From: Planctomycetota bacterium
GTDB lineage: Bacteria; Planctomycetota; UBA1135; UBA2386
Assembly (NCBI GenBank): GCA_046290465.1
Contig: JBKAGP010000001.1
Coordinates: 448,001 to 512,000, forward strand
Length of the DNA: 64,000 bases
Direction of reading: 5' to 3'
Made by a program: the position numbers and the translations under genes. Below, in pieces: positions 51,754-61,258 of the stretch. Position 1 is the first letter of the stretch. Every line of letters starts with the position of its first letter. The notes under the pieces are model-generated. The model was not told the origin of the DNA. It saw only the letters and a program-made list of their open reading frames with translations, and searched no databases.

Positions 51754-52335
51754 ATGCGTACCGCCATCATCCTCGCCGCCACGTTCGCCGCCGCCGCCGC
51801 CCTGCCCGCGCAGACCACGATCCGCGGCAAGGTCGAAGACGTGCAGAACACCAACAACCAGTTCTACCTCGACGGCACCGACATTCCGGTCGTCAGCAAC
51901 GTGCTGAACCTGAACCTGTGGCAGGGCCAGCAGGCGCTGCTCGACGTCGTCAACGTCGGCACGGCGGCCGCGCCGGTGCTGCGCATCGACGCCGCCACGC
52001 CGACCAACAAGGTGATGGACATGGGCAACCTGCGCCTGGGCGAGACCAAGACGTGGGAGGTGTTCGCGCCGACCGGCGCGGCGGCCTTCGTGTTCATGGA
52101 CTGGACCAGCAACACCGGCTTCACGCCGCTGCCCGGCATCGGCGGCGCCTGGCTGATGGGTGGGGCCCCGTTCCTGCTGGCCGGCGGCTTCACCCAGGGC
52201 GGTATGTTCCAGACCACGTTCACGACCCCGAACGATCCTGGCCTCGTCGGCCTGATGGTCACCAGCCAGGCACTGGTCGGTAGCAACGGCGGCTGGGAGT
52301 TCTCCAACGTCGACGGCAAGACCGTCGAGAACTGA
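51754..52335 (+). CDS. Secreted hypothetical protein
   Basis: Signal peptide ...AALPA|QT; strong SD and highly biased codons. Confidence 0.85.
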   Translation: MRTAIILAATFAAAAALPAQTTIRGKVEDVQNTNNQFYLDGTDIPVVSNVLNLNLWQGQQALLDVVNVGTAAAPVLRIDAATPTNKVMDMGNLRLGETKTWEVFAPTGAAAFVFMDWTSNTGFTPLPGIGGAWLMGGAPFLLAGGFTQGGMFQTTFTTPNDPGLVGLMVTSQALVGSNGGWEFSNVDGKTVEN

Positions 52336-52384
52336 TCCCGCCCCGACCGCACGCCCGCTCCAGCCCAGCTACACTGCAACCGAC

Positions 52385-54040
52385 ATGTCCAAGCGTCTCG
52401 CCGTCGCTTCCCTCGCCCTGGCCGGCCTCGCGCCGGCGCAGGCCATCTGCTTCGCCGAAGGTTCGCCGAACTCGCTGGCCGTCGTGACGGTCCCGCAGGT
52501 CACGCCCAACGCGGCCGGAACGGTCGTCGTGCAGGGCATCGAGCTGCTGCCGATCGAGATCACCGGCCGCTACCTCGGCCAGGACAACGACCCCAGGCGC
52601 AGCCGGCTGGTCGATCGCCACGGGATCTCGCGGGTCGAATTGCCGGGCAACGGTCGCCTGCTGCGCTACCGCCGGGCCGGCGGAGCGCACTTCGGGTTCC
52701 TGCACGTCGCCGCCGACGGCGAGGCGGCGGTCGTGCTCGAACGGCCCGCGTTCGCTGGCCAGGACCCGTTCGAGGATCGGGTCGGCGTCGCGCGCGACGG
52801 CAGCCACTTCGCGGTGCCCGAACTGCAGGGAGGCCTCGACATCGTGCGGCTCGACGGCCAGGTCTACGCGAGCACCAACGCGCCGTGGCGACGGGTCTCG
52901 CCCGCCTCGCAGCTCGAAGCGCAGTCGGTGATGGTCGGCGACCAGGTCGTCTGGTACCAGACCGAACAGCAGCAGGTGCTGCGCTGCGGCCTCGTCGACG
53001 GCGCGACGCCGGCAGACGTGTCGCCGGCGCCGATCGCCAACGCGGACCTCAAGGACCAGATGGCGATGAGCGGCGACGGGTCGTCGGTGGTGTTCCTCTA
53101 CGGGCCGCAGCAGCTGCAGCGGCTCTACTTCGCGACGCTGACCCAGAACGCGGTGGTGTTGCCGCCGCCGCCGTCGAAGTACGAGGAGCCGGACTACCTG
53201 CCCGAAGGCGCGGGCTCGCAGGAACTGCTGCTCGACGAGGACGGCTCGCGCCTGCTCTACGTCGACTCCGAAGTCCGTGACGAGCTCTACCTGCTCGACA
53301 CCGCGGGCGTGCTGCCCCAACTGCACATCACCGACGACCCGGTGTTCCAGCCGTACATCGGCGTGCACATCCTGCCGGGGTTCGCCGCCGACGTGCTGAC
53401 CGTGGCGATCGGCGATCCCAACCTGATGGACTGGTTCCGTGCCGAACTGCAGCCGACCGGCGGGGTCGTCGTCAACCTGACCGCGACCGGCTCGGCGACG
53501 ATGCCGTTCCCGGAGGGCACGATCGATCCCGTCGACGGCATCGAACGCGCCGGCGAGCGCCTGCTGGTCGAGCAGGTCGGCGGCCTGCAGCGGCTGCGCA
53601 CGGTCGACCCGGTGACCGGTGCCGGAGCGGTGCTGCACGACCAGGTGGTCGGTGCGGTTCGCGTCGCCAGCGTCGTCGACGGCGCCCAGGTCGTCGATGC
53701 CGACTTCGTGGTGCCGACGCTCGTCGGCGACGTGCTGCACGTCGGCGCCAACACCGGGCTGCTGCCGGCGGGCTTCGACCTGCGCGCGCCTGCCGTCGGC
53801 CCGTACTACCGGGCGTCGACGGTCGACTTCTCGGCCTGGTCCGTGCCGGTGTTCTACCTGCCGACCGGCGAGACGCTGTTCAGCACGATCTTGCCGCAGG
53901 TGCTGCAGGTCTGCCCGCAGTCGGGTGGCGGCTCGGTCGTGGTCGGCTCGCAGCTGCAACACATCGGACCGGCCGGCTCGACCACGCTCAACCGGCCGAC
54001 CGTCGCGTTCCGTCGCTGCCTGTCGGGCGCCGGCGTCTGA
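52385..54040 (+). CDS. Secreted hypothetical protein (possible beta-propeller)
   Basis: Signal peptide; blade-like motifs VARDGSHFAV, MSGDGSSVVF, LDEDGSRLLY. Confidence 0.78.
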   Translation: MSKRLAVASLALAGLAPAQAICFAEGSPNSLAVVTVPQVTPNAAGTVVVQGIELLPIEITGRYLGQDNDPRRSRLVDRHGISRVELPGNGRLLRYRRAGGAHFGFLHVAADGEAAVVLERPAFAGQDPFEDRVGVARDGSHFAVPELQGGLDIVRLDGQVYASTNAPWRRVSPASQLEAQSVMVGDQVVWYQTEQQQVLRCGLVDGATPADVSPAPIANADLKDQMAMSGDGSSVVFLYGPQQLQRLYFATLTQNAVVLPPPPSKYEEPDYLPEGAGSQELLLDEDGSRLLYVDSEVRDELYLLDTAGVLPQLHITDDPVFQPYIGVHILPGFAADVLTVAIGDPNLMDWFRAELQPTGGVVVNLTATGSATMPFPEGTIDPVDGIERAGERLLVEQVGGLQRLRTVDPVTGAGAVLHDQVVGAVRVASVVDGAQVVDADFVVPTLVGDVLHVGANTGLLPAGFDLRAPAVGPYYRASTVDFSAWSVPVFYLPTGETLFSTILPQVLQVCPQSGGGSVVVGSQLQHIGPAGSTTLNRPTVAFRRCLSGAGV

Positions 54041-54070
54041 GCGGTCGCCGGTCCGGATCTCTGGCCGCGG

Positions 54071-56836
54071 CTACAGCTTGAACGCCTCGTCCGTCGGCCG
54101 GCAGACCCGCTTGAGGTGCAGCGGACGGCGCAGGCCGTCCTGGCCGTGTTCTCTGGCGGGGCGGGTGCGCGCCTGCCACTCCTCGAACACCTGCATCGAC
54201 TTCTCGATGTCGGTGTAGACGTCGCCGTAGCGATCGCCGGGCTCGGCCTTGGTGACGGTCACGACCTGGTGCCAGCAGTGCATGCCGCTGATCGGGTCGG
54301 GCTGGGCCGGGAACGTCATGTTCTGGTGCACGCCGCCGCTCGACCACCAGACCTTGTCGCTGTCCTGGTCGTCCGACGCGAACTGCTGCACGTTCTTGGT
54401 GCGTCGCATCAGGTACGCGCTGTCGCTGACCTTGCGCAGGTCGACGTCGTGCAGCTGCCAGTGGTTGCCGGAGACCTGGTCGCCGGAGACCGTCCAGCGG
54501 CCCATGTGGTGGCTGCAGGCGATCACGCCGGGGCGCACGCCCTCGGTCACCCAGACGGCATTGACGTAGTAGCCGATGCGGGTCGTGACGCGGATCAGGT
54601 CGCCCATCTCGACGCCGATGCGCCGGGCGTCCTCGGGGTGCATCCAGACCGGGTTGGTGTTGGACAGTTCGCTGAGCCACTTGCTGTTGGCCGAGCGCGT
54701 GTGGATCAGCGTCGGCAGCCGGAACGTCGGCACCAGTGCCATCTGGCCGGCCGCGCGGTCGAGCTTGTTCTCGTCGATGTGGCTCTCGAGGTAGGTGGGC
54801 GTGGCGTGCTCGGGCCAGCCCCACTCGGCCATCGTCGGCGAGTACAGCTCGAGCTTCTTCGACGGCGTGTGGAAGCCCTGCATGCAGCGCTCGCCGTCGT
54901 AGACGCCGATCACGCTGCCGTCCTTGTGCACGACGCCGAGGTCGGGGTCGACGGCGTAGTCGCCCGGCGGCAGCTCGGTCTCGTGGGTCTTGTAGACCTG
55001 GTCCTTGACCAGGAAGCAGCCGTGCCGGCGCATGTACTCGAGCGGCGTCTGGCCTTCCTTCTCGGCGGCTTCGGGCAGGCCCGGCACCGAGTTCTCGAAG
55101 ATCCAGCGGTAGTACTCGTCGATCGTGATGCGCTCGCCCTCGCGGTACGGCGACTCGAAGTGCTCCCGCACGCCGAGCGAACCGTCGGGGTCGATCGCCC
55201 ACGACAGCGCGATCCAGAACTCGTCCTCCTCCCAGACCTCGCCCGGGTTGACCTCGTAGGTCCAGGTGAACTGCTTGCCCTGGCGCTGCGCGAGCACGCG
55301 GTGCACCGGCTGACGGAAGCCGATCCACGTCGCCGCGTGGGTCTCCTGGCTCATCAGGTCGTGGCGTTCGGTCGCGTGGCCCATCGGCAGCACGAAGTCC
55401 GCCCAGCGCGCGGTCTCGTTCCAGGTCGGCGACAGCATCACGTGGCAGCCGACGGCGTCCGGGTCCTCGAACATGTCGATCCACATCGCGCCGTCCGGGT
55501 TGGTCCACACCGGGTTGTAGACGCGCGCGAACCAGGTATCGATCTTGCCGCGGCCGCTCTTGACCAGGTGCGGCAGGCAGAAGCTCAGCTCGTGGTGGGC
55601 CAGCGGCCACTCGTTGGGGTAGAGCAGCTCGCTCCAGACCTCCTGCGGGCGCGGCTTCTTGAACGGTGCCGGCACGAACTTGTTGGTGCCGCTGCCGGCG
55701 GTGCCGCCGACCGATGCGACCGCGCCGACCAGCACGCTGACGAACTGCAGGTTGCGCGCAACGGCCCAGCCGCCTTCGTTGCCGGCCGCCGCGTTGCGCC
55801 AGACGTGGCTCGCGAACCGGCTGCCGGCCTTGCCGATCTCCTTGCCGACCTCCTCGATCGTGCTCGCCTCGAGGCCGGTGATCGACGCGGCGTGCTCGGG
55901 CGTCGCGAACGCGTAGTCGTCGCGCAGGCCCTGCTGGAACGCAGCGAAGTCCTCGGGCCGGCCCTTGGCCTTCTGGTAGGCGCGCCACTCGACCCAGGTC
56001 CGCACGAACTCCCAGTCGACCAGGTCCTCGCGCAGGATCACGTGCGCGAACCCGAGCAGCATCATCGCCTCGGTGCCTGGCCGCGTCGCGAGCCAGTAGT
56101 CGCCCATGCTCGCGGTGTTCGACAGGCGCACGTCGCAGACGGCCAGCTTGCCGCCGTTCATCTTGGACTCGATGATGCGCTGCGCGTGCGGGTTGAAGTA
56201 GTGGCCGGTCTCCAGGTGCGCCGAGATCAGCAGCGTGAACGTCGCGTTCTCGTAGTCGGGCGACGGGCGGTCGTAGCCCGACCAAAGCGTGTAGCCGAGG
56301 CGCGCCGCGGCGCTGCAGACGTTGGTGTGGCTGTTGTGGCCGTCGACGCCCCAGGCCTGCAGCACGCGCTCGACGTAGCCGTCGTGACCGGGCCGGCCGA
56401 CGTGGTACATGACCTCGGTCTTGCGGTCCTCGACGATCGCCTTGCGGATCCGGGTCGACAGCGTCTCCAGCACCTCGTCCCACGACAGGCGTTCGAACTT
56501 GCCGCTGCCGCGCGGGCCGACCCGCTTCATCGGGTAGAGGATGCGCTCGGGGTCGTCGATCTGGTTGACGGTCGCCGGGCCCTTGGCGCAGTTGCGGCCG
56601 CGCGAGCCGGGGTGGTAGGGGTTGCCCTCGACCTTGCGGATCTTCTGCGTGTCCTTGTCGACGTAGGCGACCAGGCCGCACGCCGCCTCGCAGTTGAAGC
56701 AGATCGTCGGGACCAGCGCGTAGTTCTTCTGCACGCGCTTCGGCCACGCCTTGGCGTCGAGCTCGGTCCAGTCGTCCCACTTCTCGGGCGGTGGGAAGTT
56801 CTCCAGCGGCGTCGTGCGCATCGTGTCCGGCGTCAT
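54071..56836 (-). CDS. Molybdopterin (Mo/W-bisPGD) oxidoreductase catalytic subunit, no Tat signal
   Basis: CFNCEAAC...NCAKG FS0 cluster, ERILYPMKR, SHTNVCS, ADFVLP....ER, C-terminal VWMHPEDA. Start 56836 preferred over 56848. Confidence 0.92.
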   Translation of the reverse strand: MTPDTMRTTPLENFPPPEKWDDWTELDAKAWPKRVQKNYALVPTICFNCEAACGLVAYVDKDTQKIRKVEGNPYHPGSRGRNCAKGPATVNQIDDPERILYPMKRVGPRGSGKFERLSWDEVLETLSTRIRKAIVEDRKTEVMYHVGRPGHDGYVERVLQAWGVDGHNSHTNVCSAAARLGYTLWSGYDRPSPDYENATFTLLISAHLETGHYFNPHAQRIIESKMNGGKLAVCDVRLSNTASMGDYWLATRPGTEAMMLLGFAHVILREDLVDWEFVRTWVEWRAYQKAKGRPEDFAAFQQGLRDDYAFATPEHAASITGLEASTIEEVGKEIGKAGSRFASHVWRNAAAGNEGGWAVARNLQFVSVLVGAVASVGGTAGSGTNKFVPAPFKKPRPQEVWSELLYPNEWPLAHHELSFCLPHLVKSGRGKIDTWFARVYNPVWTNPDGAMWIDMFEDPDAVGCHVMLSPTWNETARWADFVLPMGHATERHDLMSQETHAATWIGFRQPVHRVLAQRQGKQFTWTYEVNPGEVWEEDEFWIALSWAIDPDGSLGVREHFESPYREGERITIDEYYRWIFENSVPGLPEAAEKEGQTPLEYMRRHGCFLVKDQVYKTHETELPPGDYAVDPDLGVVHKDGSVIGVYDGERCMQGFHTPSKKLELYSPTMAEWGWPEHATPTYLESHIDENKLDRAAGQMALVPTFRLPTLIHTRSANSKWLSELSNTNPVWMHPEDARRIGVEMGDLIRVTTRIGYYVNAVWVTEGVRPGVIACSHHMGRWTVSGDQVSGNHWQLHDVDLRKVSDSAYLMRRTKNVQQFASDDQDSDKVWWSSGGVHQNMTFPAQPDPISGMHCWHQVVTVTKAEPGDRYGDVYTDIEKSMQVFEEWQARTRPAREHGQDGLRRPLHLKRVCRPTDEAFKL

Positions 56837-56869
56837 GTGCCGGACCATAGATGGGCGCCGGGGCGGGGT

Positions 56870-56956
56870 CTAGGAGCGCGTCCATGTAGTGGACGCACTG
56901 CCAACCGTGATCGCGGAAGCGGCGTGTACGCTTGCGGACGGGGCTTTGCCCGCTAG
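56870..56956. repeat. 87-bp dispersed element, CTAG-bounded (copy 2)
   Basis: 83/87 identical to 9219-9305. Confidence 0.9.
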
Positions 56957-57143
56957 CGCGAGGTGCGGCGCCTTGGGGGATCGCGCCGCGCGGCCTTCAT
57001 GCGGGGGCCGCGGTGGCGCGAAAGTTCCACGCTTGCCGCCCGGTGGCGGCGCGCGGCTGGCGTCCGTCGGATCGCCAGCTGGAGAACGGGTCGAGGTCCA
57101 GGTCGAGGTCGAGTCGCGGTCGGCTCGGTTCGGGTCGGGTCGG

Positions 57144-57614
57144 CTAGTGCTGGCCCTGCCGCAGCGACAGCCGTTCCTGCATCTGCTCGTACTTGTTGGG
57201 CTGCCGGGACGGGAACGTCCGCCGCAGCGCCTTCAGCACGTCGCCGCGCGAGATGATCCCGAGCAGCCGGCGTTCCGTGTCGACCACCGGCACCCGCCGG
57301 ATCGGCTGTCTCTGGAACACCGACGCGACCTCGAAGACGTCTGCGTCGGCACTGACGACGGCGAAGTCGCGGCGCATGTGTTGGGCGACGGTGCCCGGGG
57401 GTTCGTCCTCGTAGTGGGCAGCGGCGATCGCGGCGAGCGCGTCCCGTTCGCTGAACACTCCGACCAGCCGGCCTCGATCGGTGACGGGAGCGCCGGAGAA
57501 TCCGCGCTGGATCAGGTCATCGACAGCGTCGACGACCTGGCGGTCCTGGCGGAGGACGAAGACGGCCCGCTGCATGACGGTGCGGGCCAAGAGCACATTT
57601 CGGCTCGTGTCCAT
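57144..57614 (-). CDS. CBS domain pair protein
   Basis: FSGAPVTD.GRLVGVFSERD and IRRVPVVD...LLGIISRGD. Confidence 0.9.
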   Translation of the reverse strand: MDTSRNVLLARTVMQRAVFVLRQDRQVVDAVDDLIQRGFSGAPVTDRGRLVGVFSERDALAAIAAAHYEDEPPGTVAQHMRRDFAVVSADADVFEVASVFQRQPIRRVPVVDTERRLLGIISRGDVLKALRRTFPSRQPNKYEQMQERLSLRQGQH

Positions 57615-57623
57615 CCCCGCATG

Positions 57624-57872
57624 TTACGCGGACGGCGTGCCTCCCGATACCCCTCCCGGCCCCAAGCGAAGTGCGTGCCGTGCGCGGTCGACGGCGCGTC
57701 CCAACGTCGTGACGCACGGATCGCAGTTGCTGCCGCAGCACCAGCGCCACGAGGCGTCCTCGGCATCGAGGTGTCGGGCGACGAAGCTGGCGTAGCTCTC
57801 GTCGATGCCCTCGTGGGCACAGATCTCGGCCAGCTTCTGGCGGGCGTCGGCATCGAGGTCGAACAGGTCCAT
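57624..57872 (-). CDS. Small Cys-motif protein (CCGSNCDPC; oxidoreductase-like motif)
   Basis: MDLFDLD...WRWCCGSNCDPCVTTL; start inferred. Confidence 0.65.
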   Translation of the reverse strand: MDLFDLDADARQKLAEICAHEGIDESYASFVARHLDAEDASWRWCCGSNCDPCVTTLGRAVDRARHALRLGPGGVSGGTPSA

Positions 57873-57990
57873 GGCGCGGAGGAGGGCTTGCGCGGGCTGC
57901 GCGCAACTGCGGCGCTGGCATGGGACAAGCCAGCTGTTCGGCAAGGCCGAACGGGCGAACATGGTAGCCCGAGTGGGTATCGTCGGTGCC

Positions 57991-60000
57991 ATGGCGAACT
58001 CGTTCTCCCGCTGGTTCTGTGCGCTGCTGCTGCCCGCCGCGATGCTCGCGCAGGGCCCCCTGACCGTGACCGAGGCGCTCGCTCTGCGTCAGGTCGTCAA
58101 CCCGCAGATGGGCGACGGATTCGTCGCCTTCCAGTTGGTGGTGCCGCGCCCGATCGAGGACGGCCCGGGTGGCAGCTACCTGCATGTCGGCGTGCACGAG
58201 AACGGCAAGGTGCGCATGCTCGTCGACGGCAAGCGCTCGGCCGGCTCGCTGGCGGTGCGGCCCGGCAAGCGGCAGGTGTCGTTCAAGGGACGCGCCGACG
58301 GCCGCACCCAGGTGCTGCTGATGGACCTCGACCGCGGCGACGTGTCGCTGTTCGCCAGCACGCCGTCGGTGGCGAGCTACCGCTGGCGGCCCGACGGCAA
58401 CGCGATCGCGTTCACCGCACTGGACCCGATGCCCGAGCCGCGCGCGGCCGCGCAAGAACGGGGCTTCCGGCCGGTGGTCGTCGACGAGGACTGGCGCCAT
58501 CTGTCGCTGTGGGTGCAAGAGCAGGGCGGCGAGCCGAAGCGGCTGACCGAGGGCGTGACCGTGTTCGACTTCCAGTGGTCGCCCGACGGCAAGCAACTCG
58601 CCTGCGCGATCGCGCCGCGCAACACCGTCGACGACAGCTACATGATGAAGCGCCTGCACCTGGTCGACGCAGCCAGCGGCGCGCGGCACAAGCTGGTCGA
58701 CAATCCCGGCAAGCTCGGCGACTTCGCGTTCTCGTCGGACGGCGCGCGGTTGGCCTACGTGTCGGCCGCCGACCGCAACGATCCGCACGCGGGGTCGCTG
58801 TTCCTGGCCGACGTCGGCGACGGCGCGACGCGTCCGCTCAGCCACGGCTTCCTCGGCATGGTGCAGCACCTGCAGCCGATGCGCGGCGGCTTCCTGGTGC
58901 AGGAGAGCGTCGGCGTGCGCACGCGGCTGCGCGGCCTCGGGGACGACGGCAAGCACCTGTGGATCCACGAACCGAAGTCGCAGCAGCTGGCGATCAGCGG
59001 CATGAGCTCGCACGGCGGCCGGTTCGTCTACACGGCGAGCCACGCCAACCACCCGGCGGAGCTGTTCGCGCCGCTGCCCGACGACGACTCGGGCGAGGAC
59101 CGCGCCGAGCGTTGGACCGACAGCAACGCGATCCTCGGCGACAAGCAGTTCGGCGAGCAGCGCGTCGTGCGCATCCGGACCCGCGACGGCGTCACCGTCG
59201 AGGGCATGCTGGTGCTGCCGATCGGCTACCGGGAGGGCCAGCGCTACCCGCTGGTGATCGTCGCGCACGGCGGTCCGGAGGCGCACCACAGCAATGGCTG
59301 GCTGACGACCTACTCCAACTGGGGCCACCTGCTGGCCGCGCGCGGCATGGTCGGGTGGTTTCCGAACTACCGGTCGTCGACCGGCTACGGGGTCGCGTTC
59401 TGCAAGCACGACCACGGCGACCCGATGGGCAAGGAGTTCGAGGACCACCTCGACGCGATCGAGCGCTTCGTCGCACAGGGGCTGGTCGACCGCGATCGCG
59501 TCGGGGTCGGCGGCGGCAGCTACGGCGGCTACACGGCGGCGTGGGCGGCGACGCGGCACAGCCCGCACTTCGCGGCGGCGGTCAGCTTCGTGCCGTTCGT
59601 CGACATCCGCACCAAGTGGATGACCAGCGACATCCCGATGGAGTTCTACTACGTGCACTACCAGGAGAAGTGGCCGTGGCAGCAGCCGGGGCTGCTGGCC
59701 GACCGCAGCCCGCTGAGCTGGGCGGATCGCTGCACGACACCGACGCTGCTGCTCGGCGGCACCAGCGATCCGCGCGTGCACCCGAGCCAGCCGTTCATGC
59801 TCTACCGCGCGATCAAGTTCGCGACCGACGCCAAGGTGCGCTACGTGCAGTACGAAGGCGAGGGCCACGGCAACCGCGTCAACGTCAACCGGATGGACTA
59901 CTGCCTGCGCACGCTGCGCTGGTTCGAGCACTACCTGAAGGGCGACGGCGACCGGCGCAGCAAGCCGCGGCCGCCGATGGACGTTCCGTACCCGAAGTAG
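57991..60000 (+). CDS. S9 family peptidase (prolyl oligopeptidase/acylaminoacyl peptidase), exported
   Basis: WSPDG propeller repeats, HGGPE, GGSYGG nucleophile, DPRV, EGHG. Confidence 0.93.
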   Translation: MANSFSRWFCALLLPAAMLAQGPLTVTEALALRQVVNPQMGDGFVAFQLVVPRPIEDGPGGSYLHVGVHENGKVRMLVDGKRSAGSLAVRPGKRQVSFKGRADGRTQVLLMDLDRGDVSLFASTPSVASYRWRPDGNAIAFTALDPMPEPRAAAQERGFRPVVVDEDWRHLSLWVQEQGGEPKRLTEGVTVFDFQWSPDGKQLACAIAPRNTVDDSYMMKRLHLVDAASGARHKLVDNPGKLGDFAFSSDGARLAYVSAADRNDPHAGSLFLADVGDGATRPLSHGFLGMVQHLQPMRGGFLVQESVGVRTRLRGLGDDGKHLWIHEPKSQQLAISGMSSHGGRFVYTASHANHPAELFAPLPDDDSGEDRAERWTDSNAILGDKQFGEQRVVRIRTRDGVTVEGMLVLPIGYREGQRYPLVIVAHGGPEAHHSNGWLTTYSNWGHLLAARGMVGWFPNYRSSTGYGVAFCKHDHGDPMGKEFEDHLDAIERFVAQGLVDRDRVGVGGGSYGGYTAAWAATRHSPHFAAAVSFVPFVDIRTKWMTSDIPMEFYYVHYQEKWPWQQPGLLADRSPLSWADRCTTPTLLLGGTSDPRVHPSQPFMLYRAIKFATDAKVRYVQYEGEGHGNRVNVNRMDYCLRTLRWFEHYLKGDGDRRSKPRPPMDVPYPK

Positions 60001-60018
60001 CGGGCGGCCGCCGGCCGG

Positions 60019-61023
60019 CTACTTGCCGCCGTCGGCTGCCTTCTTCTTGCCGCTCGCGGCCGCCACCGCGTCCTTGCCCGACAGCGCTTGCCCGACGAAC
60101 GTCAGCGAGAGCGCGACGTTGTCGCGCATCTTCGGGCTGCTCCACGCGTGGCCGCCCTCCTCGACCGGGCGGAACACGAAGCGGTGGCCGTTCTTCCGCA
60201 TCGCGGCGGCCAGGTTCCGGTTGGGCTCGAAGAAGCCGTAGTGGTCGTCGGTGCCGGCGTCGAAGTAGATCTGCAGGCCCTTCAGCTGTTGCGGCTTGCG
60301 GCGCGCGACCAGGCCCATCGGCATCTGCTCGGCCCACTTGTCGGGGTCGATCGGGTCCCCGAGCAGTTCGGCGAGGCCACCGCGCAGGTAGCGGTAGACG
60401 ATGTTCTCCGCCGAGCCGGCGAGCTCGTCGGGGTGCGCCGGCAGGATCGCCGCCGAGTGCGTCGCGACCGCGCCGAACACGTCGGGGTGGCGCAGCGCGA
60501 TCTTCATCGCGCCGAAGCCGCCGGCGCTGACGCCCATGATCGCGCGCTGCTTGCGGGTGTTGCCGAGCCGGTAGCGGCCTTCGAGGTGCCGGACCAGGTC
60601 CTCGACGATCAGGTCCTCGATGTCGCCGCCGGCCTCGCCGTTCATGTAGGTGGTGCGGCTGCGCCGGCCCGGCGCGCGGAACACCACCAGCGCCAGCTCG
60701 GGGATCTTGTCGGCCCCGCGCAGCCGGTCGAGCGTGCTGGCGCCGCCGCGGGTCTGGAAGTCGTCGGGGCCGCCGAAGCCGGGGCACCACAGGATCCACG
60801 GGAACTTGCGGTCCTTGTTCTTCTCGTGGTCGTGCTCCTTGGGCAGGTAGATCGAGTAGCGGACCTCGCCGCCGGCCGCGTGCTCGCTGTCGAACGTCCA
60901 GTTGTCGTAGTAGAAGTGCTCGAGCTTCGGCGGCTCGCTGCGGCGGCCGAACTGGGCGGAGAGGGGAGCGGCGCTGAGCGCGAGCGCGGCGGCGACGCCG
61001 ACGGTGGGGAGGACGCGGTGCAT
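60019..61023 (-). CDS. Exported alpha/beta-hydrolase (putative esterase family)
   Basis: YSIYLP, RAIMGVSAGG, DAGTDD, GGHAW; signal peptide. Confidence 0.88.
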   Translation of the reverse strand: MHRVLPTVGVAAALALSAAPLSAQFGRRSEPPKLEHFYYDNWTFDSEHAAGGEVRYSIYLPKEHDHEKNKDRKFPWILWCPGFGGPDDFQTRGGASTLDRLRGADKIPELALVVFRAPGRRSRTTYMNGEAGGDIEDLIVEDLVRHLEGRYRLGNTRKQRAIMGVSAGGFGAMKIALRHPDVFGAVATHSAAILPAHPDELAGSAENIVYRYLRGGLAELLGDPIDPDKWAEQMPMGLVARRKPQQLKGLQIYFDAGTDDHYGFFEPNRNLAAAMRKNGHRFVFRPVEEGGHAWSSPKMRDNVALSLTFVGQALSGKDAVAAASGKKKAADGGK

Positions 61024-61149
61024 CGGGAGCTTCGGGGCTGGATCCAACGGAGGCCTGGTCCTCCGAAGGCCGGAGCCAGCAACGGCTGGGGCCACCGGGG
61101 AACCAGCCGGAGCCTGACGCAACGCAGCGCCCGCAGAGCGCCCACGGAT

Positions 61150-61230
61150 GTCCTGCGTTTGTCTGCCCTGCGTTGCCAGCTCTGCGTTGCCAGCTCAGAG
61201 TTGCCAGCCCTGCGTTGCCAGCCCCGCGTT
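61150..61230. repeat. Tandem repeat, ~5 x 14 bp (GCCCTGCGTTGCCA)
   Basis: Units at 61165, 61179, 61193, 61207, partial at 61221, degenerate at 61150. Confidence 0.85.
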
Positions 61231-61258
61231 CCTGGGGCGTGGCGCGGGCGCGGTGCCG

